From positions 1 through 64,000 of the forward strand of contig CBFFRQ010000094.1 in the NCBI GenBank assembly GCA_965644315.1: a stretch of 64,000 nt of DNA, written 5' to 3'. Within the stretch, counting starts at the first letter, position 1. Every line of letters starts with the position of its first letter. Positions 10,147 through 19,950 of this stretch are shown here, in pieces. The translations under genes and the position numbers were made by a program. A model generated the notes under the pieces. The model ran no database searches. It saw only the letters and a program-made list of their open reading frames with translations, and was not told the DNA's origin. Source of the DNA: Caecitellus pseudoparvulus. Its lineage: Eukaryota > Protista > Bigyra: Bicosoecida.

Positions 10147-10281
10147 GGCGCCAGACACAAAAACTTGATGGTCAAAAATCAAACTCGATGCACAACAAGT
10201 AGGGTATTATGTAGATGTGTGTTTGGTTTTGTGCACGCGCTGTGACTGCAGGTGTGTCGGCACGCCGACTGCTGGCAGAGC

Positions 10282-12178
10282 ATGGCAAGCACCCCTCCTG
10301 ATGCTGGTGTATGCATCGGCCAGCGGGTTGCGGACAAGAGCTCATTCAAAGGAACTGTTAGATATGTTGGGCCGGTCGCAACGTCGAAGAACCCAGACAC
10401 AGTGTATGCAGGTAGGCGGCTGCTGCGGGCTGGGAAGATGAGGCAGTTTCCGCACCACGCTACGGTCCCTCGCAGGGATCGAGTGGGACGAGGCAGGTCG
10501 AGGCAAGAACGATGGGTCTGTCACCACAAAGGATGGGGTTGAGCATCGCTACTTCACCTGCAGCCCCGCACAAGGGTCGTTCCTGAAGGTGCCCTTGCTG
10601 GACACTGGCTCGGACCTGGTAACGGCACTGCATGAGCGATACGTAGCTGCGCCGGACGCAGACATTGACACAGGGGGGGAGGCCTCGGAGCCTGGCGTGC
10701 ACATCATCTTCGTGGGGAACGATCACATCAGGGCAAAGCAGCAGCTGAATCAGCTGTTCAACGTGTCTGTGAAGGGTGGCAATGTTTCCAGTGTCGGGGC
10801 TTCGCTGGGGGAGAAGTGCCCGCACCTGGTCAGCCTGGACATGAGAGAGAACTTGCTGTGGAACACCGGCGTGCTGGGCCAGCTGGGTGGTCAGCTCGCC
10901 AGCCTGGAGACTCTGAATTTGGGTGGCAATGCGCTGCAGCCGCTGGGAGACGCCGAGACGGCGTCCATGGCGGGCGCCCTCCCCAGCCTCGCAGTGCTGA
11001 TCCTGTCGCACACGGGGCTGAGCTGGCGGGACATTTGCAGTCTATCGCCCGTCGTCCCCGCCCTGCAGGAGCTGCATGTCTGTGACAACAGCTTGCGCAC
11101 GCTGGAGGGCAGCGACGGCGGTGCCTCTGGCGGCCCAGAGCCGTTCGCCAGCGTGCATACACTTGCACTGACTGACAACGAGCTGCCCTGGGAGGAGCTG
11201 GCTCGGTGTGGCACCTGGTCTGCTCTGCAGAAGCTGCATGCTGCAGGCAATGCGGTGACTGCCGTGTTGCCCCCTGGGCCTGGCGCGTTTCAGTCGCTGA
11301 CCCACCTGACTCTCACGGACAACCCCGTCACAGAGTGGTCAGGGCTGGACGCACTGGATGCCTTTCCCTGTCTGTCCTGGCTGCGGGCTGTGGACTTGCC
11401 CCTGTACAGCAGCGAAGGGCTGGGTCCGTCCCAGGCACGCATGCACCTGGTCGGGCGCCTAGCCTGCCTCGACAGCTTGAACGGCTCCACAGTGCGGCGG
11501 CGCGAACGGGCTGACTGCGAGAAGAGTTACTTGAAGCTGGCCGCAGAGGCGGTGGCGCGGCACTGCGCTGCCGGCACCATCAGTGAGCTGCTGCCAGCTC
11601 TCGCCCCGGAGGCGGGGGAGCTGCCACCAGAGGAGGCGGGCCCCGCCGCGGTGCGTGAAGGCGGCAACGAGGAGGCGGTGCAGTGGCTGCAGCAACACCA
11701 CCCTCGCTTCTTTGAGCTCAGCGCGCGGTACCGTGACTCTGTCCCCACCGCCGTGACTGCGGGAGGGGGTGCCTCGCTCGCTGGCAACACGGTCAACGTC
11801 ACCCTGCGCAGTATGGCCGGCGCCTCCAGCTTCATGAAGCCTGTGCAGCGGGCCCTGCCGCTGTCTCTGCCCGTGTCTCAGCTGGCCACCGTGGCGGCTG
11901 CCGTCTTCCGCATGGAGGATGCGGCGCTGCTGCGTCTGTCCTTCCGGGATAGTCGGGGCGCCTTCCCCACGCTCATGGAGGACCCCATGAAGCCGCTGTC
12001 CTACTACGGAGTGGCGGACGGCGGCGAAGTGCTGGTGGAAGAAGTGGAGCAGGCTGAGGCGGAGCGCCTGGCGGCTGTCGCGGCAGAGGCGGCCGCTTCC
12101 AGTGGCAGCAGGAAGGGGTGGCGTGGCAGCACCCCCCTGCCGGGGGCAGCGGGGGGGGGCGGCGGCGCCGCGCAGTGA
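10282..12178 (+). CDS. TBCE: Tubulin-specific chaperone E (CAP-Gly + LRR + ubiquitin-like), intron 10412-10475
   Basis: Splicing gives GTVRYVGPV...YAGIEWDEAGRGKNDGSV...RYFTC (CAP-Gly, GKNDG). LRRs follow (LVSLDMREN, LETLNLGGN, LQELHVCDN), then LNGSTVRRRERADCEKSYL and a UBL domain ending LSYYGVADG. Confidence 0.93.
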
Positions 12179-12228
12179 GTGGGACGCGGCAGCAATGTAT
12201 TGCAAACAGTCTGGTGTGAATGGCAGGC

Positions 12229-13103
12229 TCAGGGCTTGGGCCGCTCCTCCTTGTCCGGCGGTGGCGCCTTGACCACTGCCCCACCCTTGCTGTTGCCGCC
12301 GGGCTGGGTGGCGGAGGGCAGGGAGCCGGGTTTGCCGAAGCGGCCGTCGTAGATGCGGAAGCCGAAGACTGTGGGGGAGTAGGTGTCTGGGGAGGGGAGG
12401 TCCGCCAGGGAGGGGTACGTGAGGTAGAACAGGTGGGGGAAGGTGGGGCCGATGAAGGCGCTGTCCACCTCGCAGGCCACAGTGCGGGAGGAGCCGGCGG
12501 AAGGCGTGCCGGGCCGGTACACGTTCTTGCAGCGGGGGCAGTAGACGTGGGCCAGGCTCGAGCCAGGTTCGCTGTGCAGGCCCACAGGCAGCACGGGCCG
12601 CCCGTGGCAGCCGAGCAGGGGGCACTCGCCGAACTCCCGTTGCTGCAGCTTACACAGCATTGCCGTCATGCCGCGGGCGGTGAGGATGTACCGGGCGTGG
12701 ATGAGCCCGTACAGGTCTTTGCAGTGGGCGTACATGGGCCCTGTCCACTCCTCGGGCTCACTCTCATCTGCTGTGGCTTCGTCCAGGATCATTTGCAGGC
12801 ATGCGCGGAATTTGGGCACCACAGATCGAAGGCCATACAGGTTGAACTGGTCCTCAATGAAGCTAGCCTCCACCTCGCACAGGAACTGGTGGCCCCGTTG
12901 TCTACAGAACCACTCGATCCATGACTCGCTTGTGAACTGCGCGGACACGGGGGGCAGGAACAGTGGCATGCACCACGCAGCAACATGGCTTGTGCTTGCT
13001 GCACAGGGGGTGGGAACAGCACTCCGGGCGCCGGCTGCCCCGCTCCGGCGCCAGCCGTGAGCACCACACCTTCACGCACATCGCTCTCATTGTCCGCTGC
13101 CAT
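12229..13103 (-). CDS. CSNK2B: Casein kinase II regulatory beta subunit (5' exon structure uncertain)
   Basis: SWIEWFC..RGHQFLCEV..SFIEDQFNLYGL, LYGLIHARYILT.RG, zinc ribbon CP..GC...YCPRC..VY, and DSAFIGPTFPHLF. Probable first exon MAADNESD starts at 13103. Confidence 0.93.
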
Positions 13104-13407
13104 GGTGAAAGCTCGGCACTGTGGTGGGGGTCCAGCAGGCACGCGGGAGAAGCCCAGCAGCTGTCCTGGAAGCAGGCCGGTCAGCCAACTTCCGCAACTC
13201 CCCTTGCAGGCTTCAGGTGTGTGGATTCGGAGCGCCTGCCCTGGTGAGCTGCTGCCACAAGGCATCGACAGATACATGAACACACTTATGTGTGGGGAAA
13301 GTGATTGTGTCACACTCGCCCCTCAGCCCGCCGCAGCCCTGTGCGTGATGGGGCAGAGCTGTGACACGGCTGTGCAGTTTGAAAGGAAGTGAGTGGGCCT
13401 CGCCTGC

Positions 13408-15192
13408 CTACCCTCTGGAGCGCCGCCCACCCCCTCCGCGAGGCGCACTGCTGCGAATGGCCGCTGCCGCACTGCTGCTGCGCTCTGCAGCCTCGTCCAT
13501 GAGCAGCTCAAACTCTGGCATGCGAGACGGGCGCCAGGTAGGTGCGCCCTCACCGCCACCCCACACTGCCGCAGCACCAGAGCCCGCGACAGCCTCTGGT
13601 GCGCCGACTGCTGGCGCCATGGGGCGCGTGTGTGGCATAACAATGTCCAGCGTGTCCCCTACCAGCCGGGTCTTGCGGCGTTTGTCCGCTGCCGTGGTGG
13701 CCGTCAAGCTGGGGCTCGCATTCACCTCGATCAACCACGGCTTCAGCTCGGCGTCCAGCATGACGTCGTACCCGTACAGCTCGAAGCAGCCCAGGCCAGA
13801 GGCCATGCTGGGCTGCACGGCCAGGAGGGAGTGCCGGATGAGGGCCCGGATGGCGCCGAAGCAGCGCGCAGTGGCCTGCTCGCCCTGGCTGGCCTTCAGG
13901 TGGGCCCGGAGGCACTCCAGTGGCCACTTGCCGCCGTGTGTGACCGAGTACTCAGCACCGTGCTTCTGGATGGAGACGTTGGTGAGGTGCATGTACAGGT
14001 TGTCCAGGTCGCGCTGGGCGCCCCGTGTGGAGGACAGGGCGGTGTACGGCACAGCACAGAAGCGCGCAAAGCCACTGCGGTGGATGTAGGCTTGGAGGGG
14101 TTGCCAGGACCTGGTGAGGGAGGGGGGATGGGGGGGGTTCCAGGCCGGCTGAGCAGGGCAGCGGCGTGGCGGTGGCACTCACGTCACCAGCACATACAGG
14201 CGCAGGTCGAACTTCTTGCCGCCAACCAGCAGGGGGTTGTCGATGTACCGGCTAACGATGTACATGGAATCTAGTTTGCTGCCCCCCGATGCGAAGACGG
14301 CTGCAGCGCTGCCTTGCTTGGGCGCCACTGCGATGCCTGCTGCGCCGGTGCTCTTGCCGGAGTACGGGTGCCGGGAGCTGGAGGTGTCAGGGGGGGGGGT
14401 GTCGGCGGCCGTGGGGGGGGTGCTCGACCCAGACGGGGGCGGCCGCGTCAGGGCTCGCAGCTTGCCTGCGCTGGCAGCGTCCACGAGGAAGATGCCCTTG
14501 CCCTGCGCCTTGCCCACAGGCTTCACGATCCACACCCACGCTGCGAAGGGCGGAATTCGGTGCTGGGGCTGGCAGGGTTGCCGGTGGAGGGCACGTGGGC
14601 CCACTCACACTTGTGCCTGCACGCTTCACTGTACCACATGCCGAAGTCCTGGGGGATGTAGTAGGTGGTCGGCAGCACGTCGGGGATGTTGCGGTTGTAC
14701 TTGGCCGCTGTGCGCATATAGCGCTTCCAGTTCTTCGCGAGAAGGTCTGCTCGTTGCGTGGGAAGTGAAATTTGGCGATGTGCGACAGGCAGCGCATTCC
14801 GGGGAGGCAGCTCACCTTTCCGAGTGAGCTCATAGTGAGTGGGGAAGTGATTGATGAGCTGATGGCGCTGAACCCCGGATCTGGCACCGCCGAAGATAGA
14901 AGCAGCTGTCGGCTGTGTCGGAAAGCAAGCACAACAAGCGCAGTTTCACCAGCGTTTCGCGTGCAACGGTTGCGACACAGAAACCCACCACTGTGCTCCA
15001 GATAATGTCCCAATCGCCATCAGGCTCGTACTCCTCCTCAAACCCACGCCCTCTGAAGTTGCTCAGAATGGCAGACTTCTCGAATTCCAAGCAGAACTTG
15101 ATGCGTGGCACTGGCGCTGGGGCTGAGGCTTGCCTCGCACCCTCCCTCGCTCTACGCCTCCGCCGCTGCAGCGCAGAAGGCGCACTTGCCAT
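13408..15192 (-). CDS. TTLL1: Tubulin polyglutamylase, TTLL1/TTLL9-like, multi-exon
   Basis: Exon pieces: DWDIIW; LINHFPTHYELTRK; DLLAKNWKRY..LPTTY; WIVKP..KAQGKGIFL; YIVSRYIDNPLLVGGKKFDLRLYVLVT; (intron 14111-14182) GFARF, HLTNVSIQKH, GGKW, CFELYGYDVMLD..LKPWLIEVNASPSL. Confidence 0.92.
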
Positions 15193-15724
15193 GGCTCCGG
15201 CAGCAAGTTCCTGCCGATTGAATACAGGCAGGTGTGGCCTTGGCCAATGTGAGCGCAGGGGTGAGAAAACGCAGCCACCGCGACTGGCGCAGGTGTGTCG
15301 AAAACGTGTCCTCTGCTTTTGCACCTCGACGTGCGTTGCTCGCAACCGCAAACCGAATGAGCTGCTGGGAACGAGGGGGGGCAGGGCTTCAATAACGTGC
15401 AGCTGCTGCTGTGTTGATGTATTGTGCGGTGCATTTTGTGCCATTTCCGAGCAACTGGTAGACATATGCCAACGACAAGCAACGGAAGTCGCAACGTATG
15501 TGCAGCGATTCCCTAGAGGAAAACAAAACTAACACGTACTATGCCTCTGTACTGCAGACAGCCCTGCCAGACAAATCCAGCCACGCACCTCTGCATGCCA
15601 CACTCTAGAGCCCTTCAAGGGGATTCCCTCCTCGGCCCTGGCGCCGGGGACCAGGTTTGAGCGGGTTTGAGGGTGGAGTGGACTTGGCCTTCGTCTGCCG
15701 TGACGCTTCCATGCTGCCGGAGCC

Positions 15725-16808
15725 ATGGCTGCGAGCGGGGGGGCAGATCGCGGTGAAGGGCAGCAGGTGCTGCAGACACTGGGGCTGGTCTTTCCCAGCT
15801 GCACTGCAGATGTGCAGGCAGCGGTGCAGGCGGCAATGACTGCGCCGCTGGCCAGCTTGCCTCCTGCGCCCGCCGCGCCAGCCGTGCCGGATTTCGCAAG
15901 TCTGGAAGGCATTGAAGACAAGCTCGTGGCTGTGCAGGGAGTCATCGATGCGTTGCAGTACAACCACACCGGGAAGGCATTTTGCAGCCCGCGCAAGGAC
16001 CGGGGCCTGAATGGCGTAGTCAGCCTCGTGCGTCCCAGCGACCTTCGCCTGGGTGACTCTCCACGCCAGCCTGTGCAACTGGGCGGCCTCGCTGCCTGCA
16101 CAGGGAAAGCACATACTTGACGCTGGTCTCCCCATACAATGTGGACAGGCGGTGTTCCTCGCAGCCTTCCTCACTCATGCACACAGCGGGCTGCCGGCGC
16201 ACGGCGAACTGCCCACCTTCCAGCAGGGCCTCTGGCGCCTGCCGCTGCGCTTCAAGAGCACTGTGCTGGGGAAGGATGGAGCATGCCACAGGCACATTGT
16301 GCTGGCTGTGCGCCTGCCCAGTGGCAAGTGGGGTGCGCTGGGCATTTCGCGCCGGGCGGCGCTGGGAGCCAAGCCCTTTGCCTTCGCGGCCTTGTCGGAC
16401 TTGCTGTGGGACTATGCGCTCGCATACCGCGACGCAGGGCACGCTCTCATAAAGGCATACGTGGGCTTGCCCCTGCCTGATGGCTTGCCCAGCCATGCTG
16501 CTCTGAACTGGCGGGGTGCCGCTGTGCGGTTTCCGCGAGACTGGCTGCCGCCCCCGCACATGCCCCTGCACACGCCCACCCTGCACCGCGGGCATTGGAG
16601 TGAGTGCGCCAAGCCCATTCTGGACAACTTCGAGGCGTGTGCAGAGGACTTGTCCACCATCTGGGCGGCACGGGGTCGCTTGAAAGGCAGCCAGGTGGCT
16701 GCATTCCGCACACGGCACTGGGAAGCGCAGGAGTACTCAGGGCAGGCCAGCGTGCCTGTGGGTGCTGGGTCATCCAGCAGTGACAAGGTCAGTGGCGAGG
16801 CGCCCTGA
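15725..16808 (+). CDS. VASH: Vasohibin (tubulin tyrosine carboxypeptidase / detyrosinase), intron 16028-16103
   Basis: VQGVIDALQYNHTG, LPIQC.AVFL, RLPLRFKS, HRHIVLAV, KWGALGISRR and LSDLLWDY are collinear with vasohibin LQYNHTG / LPIKCLEAV / FRHIVL / YGALGMSRR. The Cys, His and Ser active-site residues are present. Confidence 0.92.
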
Positions 16809-17027
16809 CTTGTGCCAGGCAGTGGGGAGTGTGCTTTCCACGCTGCGTTGGCATCGCGTTCCAGGTGCAGGATTTGGGGTACTTTCGAGAAATCCGTCGG
16901 AAGAGGCGAAGAAGATGCTTAATGTAACTCGCCTCTCATTCTTCTCACGTCAACTTACGGCTGGAGGCGCGTGAGTGCCGTGGGCTGCCGAGGCCGGCGT
17001 TGCGGAAATCGGTTTGTTGCCGCTGTC

Positions 17028-18977
17028 ATGCGTGGGCGGGCCGATGGCGGCGCCAGCGCGGCTTCTCTTGGACCCTTGGCACTTGGCGCACGATTTTGCA
17101 TTGTGGGGATGCTCTTCGCTGCATGCCTCGTGCAGGGCACTCCCAGCACCTCGCAAGAGGCAGATTCAGAGCTGCTGGACCTGGGACAGTTGTCGATCTC
17201 AGCCTGGACGTCTGCAGCGTTTGCCCGCCTGCCATGCTTCGAGCGGGCCTCCTGGCACGGCAAGGGCAGACTGGTGATGGAGGGGGGCCTTGAGGCAACG
17301 GACCACGCTGCGTTTCACCACGCTGTTGTGACGTGGGACAGTGTGGAGGATCTGCTGGTCCAGGCGGCTGCCGGCGTGACACGTGACATGGCGGCGGAGG
17401 GAGCGTGGTTTCTGGAGGAGCCGGCCCTGGCAGGCGCCACACTGGCCACAGACCACCTGGTGTCTGCTCTGGGAGACCTCGACTCCACCGCCGTGAAGCC
17501 CCCCTTCGTGCAGCGAGTGGAGGTGGGCGGGGAATCTGCCAGAGTGTACGTGTGGGGTGACTTGCACGGCAGTCTGCACAGCTTCCTGCGCCACCTGGCC
17601 CTGCTGCGCCAGCGAGGGGACCTAGGCGACGACTGGGCCTTGAAGCCCGGCGTGCGGCTGGTGTTCCTGGGGGACTACGTGGACCGGGGTCCCTATGGCG
17701 TGGAGGTCATTGCAACGGCCCTGCGTCTGCGGCTGGCCAACCCTGGGGCAGTGCACATGGCACGGGGCAACCACGAAGACGAGGGCATCAATCGGGGCAG
17801 CACTTTCTGGGGCGAGCTGGTGGGCAAGTACCCCTCCACCTCCCGCCTCCGTCTGCGCCGTGTGTTCGGGTGGTACGCAACGCTGCCGCAGGCGCTCTTC
17901 CTCGCTGCACCCGGCGGCGGCAGTGCTGCTCGGAGCACGTCTTACCTGCTGGCATGCCATGGTGGGATCGAGCTGGGGCACGACCCACAGCCGTTCCTCG
18001 CGGCTGCGCTGCCCAGTCAGGGTGGGCCGGCGTTTTCCGTGTTGCCGCATTTGCAGCGGCAGACGTGGCTGACTCTTGTGCCGCCTGCCGTGGCACAAGG
18101 CGTGCCTGCGCCGCTGCGACGGCTATTCGAAGCGCCCAGTAGCTCTCACCGCACTCTCAGCGAACCTTGGGCAGTGTGGAATGTGTCCAGTGCTGCTGTG
18201 GGAGCGCAGGGGCAAGTGCAACCTGGGGCGGCGGCGTGGCCGACACGCCCCACGCAATCCCGCATCCCACACGGCTACATGTGGGCAGACTTCTTTGTGG
18301 ACGACGCCGAGACGGTGCTGGGCTACACCCCTGGTCGTGGGCCCATTCTGGGCAAGCCCCTGACCGAATGGTGGCTGGAGCGTGCTGGGGTGACCGCCAT
18401 TCTGCGTGGGCACCAGCACAACAACAACCCCGCAGCGGGCCCCATGTTGCAGCGCCTGCAGCGTCACAGGGGCCTGTACGACAACTGGGACGGTGCGGGG
18501 CTCGTGTACACTTTCCTCTCTGCCGCCGAGACGGGCGTCCTGGGCTTCAACGCGGCCAGCGTGGGGGTGCTGCAGTGGAGCGCAGAGCAAGCTGCGTGTT
18601 CTGCGCCCCCGCCCACCCAGCAGCCCCCCAACGAGTACGCGAAGCAGGCCCTTCTCCCAGGAGCATCACTGTGGCACTGTCACGGGCATGTGCCTGTGCA
18701 GCGTGTGCAGGTGGCGGGGGGCTGGCGCCGTGCGACCCGCCCCCTGAGTGTGCCTGCGCAGGATGGCGGGCCCGCCGCAGCTCAGGACAACGCGACGCAG
18801 GTGGGGTGTTTGGGGGGCAAGCCTTGGCAAGAGGTGCGGTGGGGGCCCCTTCCCCTGGTGGAGGACGGGTGGCAGGCGGGCGTCACGCACGCCTGTGAGG
18901 TGTGGCCGTTGCCAGACACGACGGGGCCGCAGGATGCGCCTCCCCCCTCCTCGCAGTGTGATCGCATTCGGGGCTAG
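17028..18977 (+). CDS. PPP-type (calcineurin-like) metallophosphoesterase with an N-terminal hydrophobic signal/anchor; intronless
   Basis: GDLHG, GDYVDRG, RGNHE, CHGG and ILRGHQH motifs, plus N-terminal FCIVGMLFAACLVQG. The start is at 17028 or the next downstream ATG. Confidence 0.88.
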   Translation: MRGRADGGASAASLGPLALGARFCIVGMLFAACLVQGTPSTSQEADSELLDLGQLSISAWTSAAFARLPCFERASWHGKGRLVMEGGLEATDHAAFHHAVVTWDSVEDLLVQAAAGVTRDMAAEGAWFLEEPALAGATLATDHLVSALGDLDSTAVKPPFVQRVEVGGESARVYVWGDLHGSLHSFLRHLALLRQRGDLGDDWALKPGVRLVFLGDYVDRGPYGVEVIATALRLRLANPGAVHMARGNHEDEGINRGSTFWGELVGKYPSTSRLRLRRVFGWYATLPQALFLAAPGGGSAARSTSYLLACHGGIELGHDPQPFLAAALPSQGGPAFSVLPHLQRQTWLTLVPPAVAQGVPAPLRRLFEAPSSSHRTLSEPWAVWNVSSAAVGAQGQVQPGAAAWPTRPTQSRIPHGYMWADFFVDDAETVLGYTPGRGPILGKPLTEWWLERAGVTAILRGHQHNNNPAAGPMLQRLQRHRGLYDNWDGAGLVYTFLSAAETGVLGFNAASVGVLQWSAEQAACSAPPPTQQPPNEYAKQALLPGASLWHCHGHVPVQRVQVAGGWRRATRPLSVPAQDGGPAAAQDNATQVGCLGGKPWQEVRWGPLPLVEDGWQAGVTHACEVWPLPDTTGPQDAPPPSSQCDRIRG

Positions 18978-19204
18978 AGGCGGCGCTTTCGAGCTGCAAA
19001 AACTTAATGTAGGGATTGATAAACGACATTCTGCACCCTTACTCCGCTAGCTGCAGCGTGGCCGGTGTGGTGGCCTTTCAGGGCAGGCACGCTTGGTGTG
19101 CGGTTGTGGAGTGCGTCGTATCAATTTCCGCGTTCGTCCCTCTCGCGCCAAGGCGCGTTCCACGAGGACGCAGGGAACCAGCGCCGCGGTAAAAGGAGTC
19201 CATC

Positions 19205-19915
19205 ATGACTGGCGGCAGTACAGCCATCATGGGGTTCTTTCCTGATGGCAGGTTGGCTTGCGCCAGCGGCGTGCTGGTGCTGTTGCTGCTGGTCACAGTG
19301 ACGGCTGCCCTGCACCACATGCACCTGCTCTTCGCCCTGCACGTGCTGTGCATGTCCAGCGCCTTCCTCCTGGCCATGGGTCAAGGCATTGCGGCGTACA
19401 TGCAGCGGGGCGTGCCTCGGGAAGTCGCCCGCCCCGTGCACCAGCGGTGGCAGGTGCTCACCCTGGTCTTGGCAGCCGTCGGGCTGGTGACCCTCATCGC
19501 GCACAAGGCTGAGGCTGGCAAGCCTCTGCTGTCTTTTTCACTGCACGCGTCGGCTGGCTGGGTGTGCCTGCTACTGCTGGCGGGGCAGGGTCTCGTGGGG
19601 CGGGTCAAGGTGGCGTTGCTGTCGGAGGGGCTGAGGCGGTATCCCTGGCATGGCCTGGCGGGGTGGGGCGTGTTCGCGCTGGGCTCCATAGTGATTGCAT
19701 TGGGCGTGCTGGCGGCAGCCAAGGAGCCCCTGCTGCCTCTCGCGGCGCTGGCGCTGCTGTTCCTGCACTTCGCGTGGGTGGGGTTCGCCATACGGCGCTT
19801 CAAGCAGGGGGGGGGGGACACCGCCCCCTACCAGCCCGTGTCCACTGCGGACACGCCCCCCGTGGATGTCGAGATGCCTTCCACAGCTGAGCAGGCAGTG
19901 CCCACGCCACCCTAA
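19205..19915 (+). CDS. Cytochrome b561 domain membrane protein
   Basis: About 6 hydrophobic helices with four spaced heme-type His residues: LHVLCM, VHQRWQ, SLHASAG, WHGLAG. Confidence 0.82.
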   Translation: MTGGSTAIMGFFPDGRLACASGVLVLLLLVTVTAALHHMHLLFALHVLCMSSAFLLAMGQGIAAYMQRGVPREVARPVHQRWQVLTLVLAAVGLVTLIAHKAEAGKPLLSFSLHASAGWVCLLLLAGQGLVGRVKVALLSEGLRRYPWHGLAGWGVFALGSIVIALGVLAAAKEPLLPLAALALLFLHFAWVGFAIRRFKQGGGDTAPYQPVSTADTPPVDVEMPSTAEQAVPTPP

Positions 19916-19950
19916 TGCACCCCCCACGCGGCTCCGGCCGGCACAGGGCT

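Noticed and set aside
9474-10202. Plus-strand repeat ORFs (PMPMPPVW, HADASSLA, GPCRCLQS)
   Set aside because: They are antisense shadows. Only the minus frame connects to the WD40 exons.
10252-16808. Fragmented ORFs suggesting pseudogenes or frameshifts (TBCE, TTLL, VASH)
   Set aside because: Where I checked, the breaks coincide with 60-76 nt GT-AG introns that restore the frame.
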